From assembly GCF_031372575.1 (NCBI RefSeq), contig NZ_JANMLM010000111.1:2750-66749 (forward strand): 64,000 bases of DNA, read 5' to 3'. Positions 1 to 9,014 of this stretch are shown piece after piece. The translations under genes and the position numbers were made by a program. Under the pieces are notes generated by a model, which saw only the letters and a program-made list of their open reading frames with translations, was not told the origin of the DNA and made no database searches. Origin of the DNA: Sphingomonas sp. (GTDB taxonomy: Bacteria > Pseudomonadota > Alphaproteobacteria > Sphingomonadales > Sphingomonadaceae). Position 1 is the stretch's first letter. Every line of letters begins with the position of its first letter.

Positions 1-815
1 TGCGCATAAGCGCGCGTCGCACTCATTCGATACCGGGTTTCGGCAGCCAGCCGAGCCAGTTCGGCGGACAGGAACGTAAGTTCGTCAAGGAGTTTGTCAT
101 CCTCGGAAGTTCGCTCGGACACGTCATGGGTCAGCTCGGCCAGACGAGCCTCCAGGCTGGTGACCGACGGCGTCAATTGCTGCGCCAGCGGAAGGCCAAG
201 CAGCGCCATGTTGCGATAATTGCCGAGTTCCTGCAGCCGCAGAACGAGCTGCGCCGGCTCGTCGCGCTCAAGCCCACGGTCGAGCACGAGCAAGCGCCCG
301 AACCCATCGCTGTTGAGCCGGAAGTCGGACATCACTTGGGCCAGTCCGTCGGCCACATCGCACGCGATGACTGCGTCGGGCGCAAACCAGCGTTCGAGCA
401 GTGCGGGCGTTCTAGCCAACTCGGTATCAGCAACCAGTGCGACTTGGGTCGCACGAATGACGTCGCCTGGCATTTCGGCCAGCACGGACGATATCACCGG
501 CTCGAACAGGTCAGGATCGAACGACACCTCGGCCTCGCCCGGACACAGCAGCGTGTACGTCGCGAATTCTGTGTGCCGTTCCCACACCAGTATAAAACCG
601 GCTAGCTCAAACACGCCATATTTAGCCGAAATTGGGACAATTTCACGGGCCGATTTGGCGAGCGTGTCGATGTGGGCGCGCGCGTCTCCAGCCCCTCCTT
701 CGCCGAGCACCGTGACGATCTGAACCAAACGGTAGGGCGCGGCAAAGCTCGGCAACCGGCGAAGGTGCATCTCTTCCGACAGCGCGGCGCGCAACGGATG
801 GTTGCGAACGATCAC
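1..815 (-). CDS. DUF3422 family protein (runs off the window start; absent from the ORF track)
   Basis: Manual translation from GTG at 815 gives VIVRNHPLRAALSEEMHLRRLP...VWERHTEFATY...LQELGNYRNMALLGLPLAQ...RYRMSATRAY, open to base 1. HPLR..L..E.H, WERHTEF and Y..MALLGLP are typical DUF3422 motifs. Confidence 0.8.
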   Translation of the reverse strand, partial: MIVRNHPLRAALSEEMHLRRLPSFAAPYRLVQIVTVLGEGGAGDARAHIDTLAKSAREIVPISAKYGVFELAGFILVWERHTEFATYTLLCPGEAEVSFDPDLFEPVISSVLAEMPGDVIRATQVALVADTELARTPALLERWFAPDAVIACDVADGLAQVMSDFRLNSDGFGRLLVLDRGLERDEPAQLVLRLQELGNYRNMALLGLPLAQQLTPSVTSLEARLAELTHDVSERTSEDDKLLDELTFLSAELARLAAETRYRMSATRAYA

Positions 816-1093
816 CAGCGCTCGGCCGTCGCCCGCAAGGCCAAGCTCCTGCCGACGTTGACAGCGGCGCGGCCCATGCTCTCTTTTTCACGGTCCACGC
901 AATTGACCCCTGGAATGCCGATTTGGTCCAACCGAGTTGCACCGTGCAATCCATGGACACGTCGGAGCTGGCGGAACGTCATTCGCCCGCCAACCCCCAT
1001 CCCATGTGCTTGGATCGCGCTCAATACGACCTTAAGGCCACCATGGCCCCGGCGCTTGTCGTGATGGAGTCGCAATCAACCCGTCAGTTAGCT

Positions 1094-2851
1094 TTACTGC
1101 ACTTGGCGTTTCGAGCATGCACCGCCGTCCGGCCAGCCGGTCCAGCCAGCGCCCTTGACGAAGCGGCCCGGGGTGGCGCCGGTCGGCTCACCCCCTTTGA
1201 GAACCTGGACACCGTTGACGAACACGTCGCGTACGCCGGTGGCATATTGCATCGGCTTATCGAAGGTCGCGTGATCGGCGATTGTCGCTGGGTCGAACAA
1301 GACGACGTCCGCCGCCATTCCGGGCGCGAGCTTGCCGCGGTCGCTGAGCCCGAGGTTCGTGGCGGGGAGTGACGTCAGACGCCTGATCGCGTCGGCCAGC
1401 GGCGCGGTCTTCTCGTCGCGGACATATTTGCCGAGGAAGCGGGCAAAATTGCCGTAGGCGCGCGGGTGCGTAGAGGATTTGAGGAACACGCCTTCGGGGG
1501 CCGAGGCTTCGGCGTCTGAGCCAAAGCTGACCCAGGGAATTGCGGTCTGGCGCCGGACATTATCCTCGTTCATCAGGAAATAGATCGCGCCGGCGCGGCC
1601 CTGGTCGGCGAGTGTCAGGTCGATCACCACTTGCTCGGGCGTGACGCCGCGCGCTTGGGCAATCTCGGCAATGGTCTTGCCGATCAGCGGCTTGAGCGAT
1701 GGCTCGACGACACCCGCGAGGCGGATGCCGTCGGGACCGGCGTGAAAATAGAGATTTTCCCAGCTCGTTCCGGGCTTGCCCATCTCGCGCTTGATCCGCG
1801 CGACTACCGCCGGATCCTTGAGCCGCTTGAGCATCGCTTCGGTGCCGCCGTCCTGGACCCACGGCGGCATCGACGCCGCGACCCCGGTGCCGCCGGCGGT
1901 GTAGGTGTACATGTTGGCGGTGATGCGCAGGCCCGCGGCGCGCGCCGCCTCGACCCGCGCAATAACCGCATCGAGTTTGCCCCAATTGGCCCGGCCCGCC
2001 TGCTTCAAATGATAGATTTCAGCCGGAGCGCCCGAGCGCCGCGCGATCTTGATCAACTCGTCCACGCTCTCGACCAGGCGGTCGCCTTCGGAGCGCATGT
2101 GGCTGATGTACATGCCGCCGCATTTGCCCGCTTCGCTGACCAAGGCGACTAGCTCGTCGGTCTCGGCGAAGCTCGAGGGCGGGTAGATGAGCGACGAGCC
2201 GACACCCATCGCGCCTTCTTCCATCGCCTGTCGGACGAGGCCGCGCATCCGGTCGAGTTGGGCGGGATTCGGATCGACATCGCCCTCGCCGAGCACATGC
2301 TGGCGCACCGTTGTCGCGCCGACGAACGAAGCGATGTTGAGCGAGGTGCCCTTGCGCTCGACAAAGTTGAGATAGTCGCCGAGCGTGGTCCACTCGATCG
2401 GGAATTTGACGTCGCCCTGCTGCTTGACCGCGAGCGCCTTCATCTTGTCGGTGAGCGGGCCCATCGACCACCCTTCGCCCATCACTTCCAAGGTGATGCC
2501 CTGGCGCAGGTCGCTTAGCCCGCGCGGGTCGACCAGCAGCGATTCGGTCGCCCAGCTGAGCATGTTGATGAAGCCCGGCGCGACCGCGAGCCCGCGCGCA
2601 TCGACCAGCCGCGGCGCACTCGCCTCCTGAGGTGGACCTGCATAGACGATGCGGTCACCGCTGATGCCGACATCGCCGATGTAGGGCGCGCCGCCGCTGC
2701 CATCGTAGATCGTACCGCCGCGGATCAGCAGATCATAGGATGGTGTCGGTGCTGGCGCCGCGCCCGGCGAAACTTGCGCCGGAGGAGGCAGTGTTGCGCA
2801 GCCGCTCGCGAGCGCCATTGCGGAGACCGCTGCAAGCCATTTCAACATCAC
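1094..2851 (-). CDS. N-acyl-D-amino-acid deacylase-like amidohydrolase, predicted lipoprotein
   Basis: Amidohydrolase architecture (LIRGGTIYDG, YISHMRSE, HLK, FGSDA, HPRAYGNFAR, ADVVLFDP). Lipobox ALASGC. Confidence 0.85.
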   Translation of the reverse strand: MMLKWLAAVSAMALASGCATLPPPAQVSPGAAPAPTPSYDLLIRGGTIYDGSGGAPYIGDVGISGDRIVYAGPPQEASAPRLVDARGLAVAPGFINMLSWATESLLVDPRGLSDLRQGITLEVMGEGWSMGPLTDKMKALAVKQQGDVKFPIEWTTLGDYLNFVERKGTSLNIASFVGATTVRQHVLGEGDVDPNPAQLDRMRGLVRQAMEEGAMGVGSSLIYPPSSFAETDELVALVSEAGKCGGMYISHMRSEGDRLVESVDELIKIARRSGAPAEIYHLKQAGRANWGKLDAVIARVEAARAAGLRITANMYTYTAGGTGVAASMPPWVQDGGTEAMLKRLKDPAVVARIKREMGKPGTSWENLYFHAGPDGIRLAGVVEPSLKPLIGKTIAEIAQARGVTPEQVVIDLTLADQGRAGAIYFLMNEDNVRRQTAIPWVSFGSDAEASAPEGVFLKSSTHPRAYGNFARFLGKYVRDEKTAPLADAIRRLTSLPATNLGLSDRGKLAPGMAADVVLFDPATIADHATFDKPMQYATGVRDVFVNGVQVLKGGEPTGATPGRFVKGAGWTGWPDGGACSKRQVQ

Positions 2852-4431
2852 TTCGCCCCCTGGCTGGCCGCCGCAACCGGCGTGAAATCGAGATCCTGAT
2901 AGTCGAAGCTGAAATCGGCCAGCGGCGACACCGCCTTCATCCTCACGCGGTCGACCTTGCCGTCGGCATCGATCGAGAAAGTGACATAGGCGGGTTCGAT
3001 CCAGCGCAGCGCTGGCCGAGTCCGGAAGGTGTCAAATTGGTGGTGGGTGAGCACGCTGTCCATGCCGGTCGAATGCGGAAACTGGATCGCCAGCGATTGA
3101 CCCGCGCGGCGCACCTTGATTGCGCCATACCAAGGATCGGCATAGTCGCCGACGTAGCGGTCCAGCGGAAGCGACGGGCCGACCCGCGCTGGCTTGGCCT
3201 GCTGTGCACCGACCAGCTTGGCGGCTCCGGCCAGCCGCGCCTGCTTGTAGGCATGATATTTTTCCGGCCACTGGCCAGGCGCAAAGCCAAGGTAGTGATC
3301 GAGCAATTCGAACATCAGCCCGCGTACAATCTGGCCTTCCTCGCTGTTGACCGCGATCGAGAAGCCGACATTCTTGGCGGGGATGAGCACCACCGTTGTC
3401 AGCGAGCCGAACACCGCGCCGCCGTGCGCAATGATCTTCGCGCCGCGATAATCCTGCACGTCCCAACCAAGCGCATAGGCGTCGTAACTGGGCTGAGTCA
3501 GAGCAAATTCGGGCGGGCGCTGATCGATCGGCTGAAGGGTCACGGGGGTCCACATCTGCTTCGATTGTTCGGCCGAAAATAGGCGCGCGCCGCTTTCCGG
3601 AATTTGGCCGTGCGCCAATTGGGTGAGCAGCCACCGGGTCATGTCATTGGCGCTGATCGCGAGCCCGCCGGCGGGCGCGGCGTTGCCGGCGAGTGTCGCT
3701 TCGGCACCATAGGGTTGCTGCCGCCCTATCCCGACGATCGGCCCGTCAAAACGTCCGTGCGGGTGCGCGCGGTCGGCGGTCGCCTGAAACTCGGCATTCG
3801 ACTCGGTCGACCGGGTCATGCCCAGCGGCGCGAACACGCGATGGTGCATGAACTTTTCCCACGGCTCGCCGCTGACCGCCTCGACCAGTTCGCCCGCCAC
3901 CATGTAGAGGATGTTGTCATAGGCATAGGCGCTGCGAAAACTGGTCGCGGGCTTGATGAAGCGCAGCCGGCGGACGGTCTCCTTGCGCGTCAAGTCGCTG
4001 TTGGGGACGAACAGCAAATCGCCCGCGCCGAGCCCAAGGCCGCTGCGGTGGACAAGCAGGTCGCGCACCGTCATTTCGCGCGTAACCCACGGGTCCCACA
4101 TGCGGAAGTCGGGCATGTGGTCGATGACCCTGTCGTCCCATTTGAGCTTGCCCTGATCGACCAGGATGGCAAGCGCGGCGACGGTGAACGCCTTGCCGGT
4201 AGAGCCAGTGCTGAAAATAGTGTCGGGGCCGACCGCAGCTGGCTTGCCGATCTCGCGCACGCCCCAACCCTGCGCCAGAGTCGGCTTGCCGTCCTCAACG
4301 ATGGCGATCGATACCCCGGGTGCGCCATAGGCAGTGCGGAGCTGCTCAACGCGCTGCTCGAACCCTGCGGGCGGGGCGGCGAGCGCGGGCGTTGCCAAGG
4401 CGATCAACGCCCAGGTGAAAGCGCGTCTCAT
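2848..4431 (-). CDS. Serine hydrolase, beta-lactamase/peptidase S12 fold with C-terminal DUF3471-like domain, exported
   Basis: SxxK (GSTGK), YxN (YDN) and HGG motifs plus a signal peptide. ATG at 4431 overlaps the upstream TGA. Confidence 0.85.
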   Translation of the reverse strand: MRRAFTWALIALATPALAAPPAGFEQRVEQLRTAYGAPGVSIAIVEDGKPTLAQGWGVREIGKPAAVGPDTIFSTGSTGKAFTVAALAILVDQGKLKWDDRVIDHMPDFRMWDPWVTREMTVRDLLVHRSGLGLGAGDLLFVPNSDLTRKETVRRLRFIKPATSFRSAYAYDNILYMVAGELVEAVSGEPWEKFMHHRVFAPLGMTRSTESNAEFQATADRAHPHGRFDGPIVGIGRQQPYGAEATLAGNAAPAGGLAISANDMTRWLLTQLAHGQIPESGARLFSAEQSKQMWTPVTLQPIDQRPPEFALTQPSYDAYALGWDVQDYRGAKIIAHGGAVFGSLTTVVLIPAKNVGFSIAVNSEEGQIVRGLMFELLDHYLGFAPGQWPEKYHAYKQARLAGAAKLVGAQQAKPARVGPSLPLDRYVGDYADPWYGAIKVRRAGQSLAIQFPHSTGMDSVLTHHQFDTFRTRPALRWIEPAYVTFSIDADGKVDRVRMKAVSPLADFSFDYQDLDFTPVAAASQGAK

Positions 4432-5555
4432 GCAATCTGCTCCTGTTTCAAACGGGTCAGCTGCCACACGCCCAGCGTCAGAACGGGTATTACGTAAACG
4501 GCGATGAGGACATAGGCCAAGGCTCGGTATCCGGTGGCGATCAACGCGACGAGGCCAAAGCGGTCAGCGACGAACATGCAGCCGATCAGCAGCGCCAGCG
4601 CAATCGCGAGGCGCGCACGGTTGCTGAGCGTGATCCCACGTCGATTGAGTAAAGCGCGGGCGATCCGCTCGTTGATCGCATGGACCGAGCTTGCGCCGCT
4701 TTCGAGCAGCGCCGAAAAAATCATCAGCTGGAACAGCAGATGAAACACCGGAATGTCGAGCTGCTGGAGGAGAAAGTCCGAAGGCAGCGTCGCGCCCGCG
4801 ATCTCCGGATAGAAGCCGATCATCGCGATGAAGAATAACAGCGCCGGGAGCGTCGCTAGCGGCCCCGCGATCATCCCCGCGACGATCGCATCGCGGTCGC
4901 TGGTCAGGTGGCGGATAACGGGCAGGATGACGACCGCGCCGATCAAATTGTAACCGGCGTAAACCGTGCCACCGCTGAGCCACCCGGTCATCGGTCCGCC
5001 GCTCTCGAAACCGGCGCCGATGCGGTCGCCGAAATGGGTGAAGGCGAGCAGGATAAAGAGAGCGTAGACCGCGTAGAGCAGGTAGGAGACGTAGGCGAAC
5101 ATGCGCTCGACCGACGTATTGCCGAAGGTCACCACAGCTACGATCGCTGCCGCCAGCGCGGCCGTACCGACGATCGCCGGAAGCCCGAGCAGCGAGGCGC
5201 CAATCGCGCCCGCTGCCGCGCCGTAAACTGCGAGAATGAGAATGATGAAGAGCACATAAGCGCCTTCGAACAGGAACCAGCCGGGACCAAGTAGCCGCTT
5301 GAAGAACGTGACATAATCCCACGCCTTAAAGTGCCGCGCGAATAGAAATGTGACGCTACATACCAGGCTGAAAATGAGGGTCGCTACAAGGATCGCGGCA
5401 AGCCCGCCCCACGGCCCGCTGGGCAGGAAGAACTCGGCCAATTCGCGCCCGGTTGCATAACCGCCGCCGATCACCACCGCCTTGAAGGCCAGCCCGGGCA
5501 GCCAGTAGCGCTGAAAGCGAGTGGGGGCGGCTGCGGTGCTGGCCATGGGACTCAT
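4428..5555 (-). CDS. YkvI-like multi-pass membrane transporter
   Basis: About 10 hydrophobic segments with the motif VVIGGGYATGRELAEFF. Translationally coupled to both neighbours. Confidence 0.75.
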   Translation of the reverse strand: MSPMASTAAAPTRFQRYWLPGLAFKAVVIGGGYATGRELAEFFLPSGPWGGLAAILVATLIFSLVCSVTFLFARHFKAWDYVTFFKRLLGPGWFLFEGAYVLFIILILAVYGAAAGAIGASLLGLPAIVGTAALAAAIVAVVTFGNTSVERMFAYVSYLLYAVYALFILLAFTHFGDRIGAGFESGGPMTGWLSGGTVYAGYNLIGAVVILPVIRHLTSDRDAIVAGMIAGPLATLPALLFFIAMIGFYPEIAGATLPSDFLLQQLDIPVFHLLFQLMIFSALLESGASSVHAINERIARALLNRRGITLSNRARLAIALALLIGCMFVADRFGLVALIATGYRALAYVLIAVYVIPVLTLGVWQLTRLKQEQIA

Positions 5556-6609
5556 GCCGCGCAGGCATCGAGCAGCGCCTTGAGCCCGATGCCGCGCACC
5601 GGATCGGCGACCGGCAGTCCGGTACGGCGCGCGGTCTCGGCGATGACCTGCGCTGCGTCATCGTCACTCAACGCCGACGTATTCAAGCTCACGCCGCGGC
5701 AGCGGATCGCGGGGTTGGTTAGCCGCCCCGCTGCCACAGTCTGGGCAATGACCTCCTCGATCGACGGCATGCGAAGCCGGCCAGTCCGAGGACATGCGTG
5801 CGTCCGGGGTCATGGCAGACCACGAACAGGTCGGGCTGGCTGCCGTGGAGCAGGCCAAGTGTTACCGCGGCATAAGATGGGTGGAACAGCGAGCCTTGCC
5901 CCTCGATCACGTCGAGATGATCGGGCGGAGCGTCGGGGCTGAGCAGTTCGGCGGCACCGGCGACAAAGTCGGCGACGACCGCATCGATCGGAATGCCGGC
6001 ACCGGCAATCATGATGCCGGTCTGTCCCGTCGCGCGGAAATCGACGTCGAGCCCGCGCGCGGCGAGCCCGCGAGCAATCGCCAGGGCGGTATATTTTTTG
6101 CCCAGCGCGCAATCGGTGCCGACCGTCAGCAGCCGCTTGCCCGAGCGCTTGCGGCCGGTCGCGATGGGAATGTCCGCTGGCGGCACCCGCACGTCGATCA
6201 ACCGGCGGCCGAGGCGGTTGGCTTCGGCCGCCAGCGCCGCGATGTCGGTCAGTCGGTCATGCATGCCTGAGATGATGTCGAGCCCCGCACCCAGCGCGTC
6301 GACCAGCGTCGGCAGCCACTGCTCGGGGACGTGCCCGCCGCGCGTCGCGACTCCGATCAACAGCGCCCGAGCTCCTCGCTCATACGCCTCGCGCGGGGAC
6401 AGTTGCGGGAGGCCGGTGGTGACGCCCGCGCCGGGCAAAGCGAGTTCTCCGACACAGCGATCGGGTGCCCAGTCGCGAAGGCCGAACGCGGTCTTTGCAT
6501 AGCCCGGCTCGATCGTGTCGCCGAGGAACAACAGACAGGGCGATGGGATCGAGCTTGTTATCCTTGCCGCCGCTTCTTTCGGGGGCGAGGCTGTCGCGCT
6601 CAATCCCAT
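5552..6609 (-). pseudogene. dgcN: DUF1611 / DgcN-like N-acetyltransferase with a 1-bp frameshift near 5771
   Basis: Motifs GTDCALGKKYT, ATGQTG and EGQGSL lie in frame 6609..5719. The C-terminus (PSIEEVI...LNT...DP.R) lies in frame 5770..5552. The total span of 1058 bp is one base short of a multiple of 3. Confidence 0.8.
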
Positions 6610-6613
6610 CGAA

Positions 6614-8890
6614 TCACAACCCGGCTGTCAGGCTCAGCCCAATAGTGCGCGGGCGAATCACACCAGTGCCGATGGCACCATTCGGATAGAGCGGGAATCC
6701 GCCGAAGACACTGGTCCCCGTAACCGACGTGCGACCAGCGCTATTGCCGAGATTTTTCACGTAAGCATCGACCGAGAAGCGGCCGAAATCGAGTCCCGCT
6801 GCTAGATCGAAGATGCCATAAGCCTTGATAGTCCGTTGGCGGTCGGCGAAATCCGGATCGAAGTTGGATTTCTGCCGCGACAGATGGCGCAACGATGCCC
6901 CGACATGAGCGTCGATGTTGGAATTGAGCGCCCAATTGTAATCGGCATTGAGACCGAACGAGAAGCGCGGCGTGAAAGGCAGGCGATCGCCGTCCAGTCC
7001 GCCCACCTCGGGCGGTGCGTCGTCGGTCAGCCGGGCATTGGTATAGGCCCCGTTGAGCGACAGGTTGAGCCCGGTCAGTGGCCGCGCGGTCGCGGTAAAT
7101 TCGAAACCGTCGCTCTTCGCCTTGCTGCCATTGGTATTGACCCCGAAGCCGTTGACGACGGCGAACAGCTGAATGTCGGTCCAGTCGATGTGGAATAGCG
7201 CCGCTTCAAAGCTCAACCGACGGTCGGGCGACTGCGCCTTGACGCCCACTTCATAGCTGATCACCGAATCCGATCCGTAGGTAGTCGGCGTTCCGGGAGG
7301 AGCGCCCGGCGGAAGCACGTTGGGACCGCCTGGCCGGAAGCCCTTGGCAACGCGCGCGTAAAGCGAGACATTGTCGCTTACTTCGAACCGCGGCGCGACC
7401 GAGTAAGTGAACACATTCTCCTTCGACCGGGCCACCGGGAAATCGTTGAATCCGCCGGCCAACGCACCATCGCTCACCTGATGCGCCGATTGCTTATTGT
7501 GGCTGTAGCGGCCGCCGAAGTCGATATCGACGCGGTCGCCGAGATGAAGTGTGATATTCGCGAAGCCGGCGATTTCCTCATATTTGGAATCGAGGCTGAC
7601 ATCAGCAAGTACCGGCAGCCCCGCGATGCGGTTCAGCGTGCCAGGATCGACCGCGACGAATTCCTGAAGAATGACCCCTTTCTCATTGGTGTAATAGGCG
7701 CCGACCAGCCAATCAAACAGGCGCGACTCGCCAGCCAACCGCACTTCCTGCGTGAATTTTTTGCTGTCGGTATGCTGACCCAGGTACAATTCATTGGGCG
7801 CACCAAAGAAAAACGCTATCAGCGGACTTAGCGCGAATGTGAAATCGCCCAGCGACGACTGCTTCTGGGTGTTGTAGCTGGTCGAGCTGGTCAGCTCCCC
7901 AATGCCAAGGTCGAAGGTTCCGGTAGCATTGTAGACACGATATTTGACATCAGTGAACTGCGGCAGGAATTGCGACTGACTGAGACGCCCATAAAAGCGC
8001 TCGAGCGTTGCCGGATCGGCTTCGATGATCGATGGCGCGTCGGCTTTGATATCCTGCGCCAATGCGGTCAGGCGAAGCGAGATCCCGGCGCTCGGCTTGA
8101 ACAGCAAGGATGCCCGCCCGCCGTAGCTGACAGTATCGTTGATATTCTTGTCGAAATCGGATCCGCCAGACCCGATCGAATCGATGAAGCCGCCATATTT
8201 GCGATAGGTGCCGGAAGCCCGAATGGCGAGCGTTTCGCCAAGTGGAACGTTGACCGCGAGATTGGCGAGGTAACCCGCCTCCCCGCCCTTAGTGGTCTCG
8301 ATCCCGGCGCGGCCCCGCACCACCAGCTCGGTAGTGGATGGCAGTCGGGTGACGAATTTCAGCACGCCGCTTAGCGAACTGGCACCGTAAAAAGTGCCTT
8401 GGGGACCGCGCAGCACCTCAATCCGGTCGAGGTCAAACGTATCGAAATCACCCGCAAGTACGGCGGCATTAACCAGACCACTGCTCGACCCGAACGGAGT
8501 TTCGTCCATATAAATGCCAACGGTCGAGGCAACGCCACCGGTGTTGACGCCACGCAGCACTAATCGTCCAGCGCCGGGCGTGCTCTGATTGAGCTGAAGG
8601 CCAGGTACCAGCTTTAGATAATCGCTGAAATTATCGGCATGCTGCGCTTCGAGCGTTGCGCCGGACACAACCGACACTGATTGGGGGACCTCAATGGTTG
8701 TCTGGGCGCGTTTCTGAGCGGTGATGATGATTTCTTCTTCGGAGCTGGCCGGGGCCGGGGCAGCTGCCCCCGCTTGACCATCGGTGACCGGCTGCGCTTG
8801 CGGCTGCGTTTGCGCGCCGAGCGCTGGAGCAGACGCTAATGACGCGGCAAGTCCCGTCGTTAGCATCAACGTGGTCCGAAAATTGATCAT
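6614..8890 (-). CDS. TonB-dependent receptor
   Basis: Signal peptide, TonB-box region EEIIITAQKR, plug motif DRIEVLRGPQGTFYG, and a beta-barrel-like C-terminus. Confidence 0.95.
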   Translation of the reverse strand: MINFRTTLMLTTGLAASLASAPALGAQTQPQAQPVTDGQAGAAAPAPASSEEEIIITAQKRAQTTIEVPQSVSVVSGATLEAQHADNFSDYLKLVPGLQLNQSTPGAGRLVLRGVNTGGVASTVGIYMDETPFGSSSGLVNAAVLAGDFDTFDLDRIEVLRGPQGTFYGASSLSGVLKFVTRLPSTTELVVRGRAGIETTKGGEAGYLANLAVNVPLGETLAIRASGTYRKYGGFIDSIGSGGSDFDKNINDTVSYGGRASLLFKPSAGISLRLTALAQDIKADAPSIIEADPATLERFYGRLSQSQFLPQFTDVKYRVYNATGTFDLGIGELTSSTSYNTQKQSSLGDFTFALSPLIAFFFGAPNELYLGQHTDSKKFTQEVRLAGESRLFDWLVGAYYTNEKGVILQEFVAVDPGTLNRIAGLPVLADVSLDSKYEEIAGFANITLHLGDRVDIDFGGRYSHNKQSAHQVSDGALAGGFNDFPVARSKENVFTYSVAPRFEVSDNVSLYARVAKGFRPGGPNVLPPGAPPGTPTTYGSDSVISYEVGVKAQSPDRRLSFEAALFHIDWTDIQLFAVVNGFGVNTNGSKAKSDGFEFTATARPLTGLNLSLNGAYTNARLTDDAPPEVGGLDGDRLPFTPRFSFGLNADYNWALNSNIDAHVGASLRHLSRQKSNFDPDFADRQRTIKAYGIFDLAAGLDFGRFSVDAYVKNLGNSAGRTSVTGTSVFGGFPLYPNGAIGTGVIRPRTIGLSLTAGL

Positions 8891-8975
8891 ATGCTGCCTC
8901 CCCTAGCTGGACTTTGTTGCAAAGACCTTGTCCGGCGTTCATCCCCGTGCCTCGTCTTTCCGTCCTGAATAAGAC

Positions 8976-9014
8976 ATTATTGTCTCAATTAGAAAATTGT
9001 CAATCTGAATTGAG
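8976..9014 (-). promoter_or_regulatory. Sigma70-like promoter of the TBDR operon overlapped by a 31-bp imperfect palindrome
   Basis: Minus strand TTGACA(9003-8998)-N16-AATAAT(8981-8976). Plus strand CTCAATT-N17-AATTGAG at 8984-9014. Confidence 0.6.

Noticed and set aside
126-1064. Plus-strand ORFs 126-605, 220-723 and 672-1064
   Set aside because: They are shadows of the minus-strand DUF3422 gene, which the ORF track missed because its stop lies outside the window.
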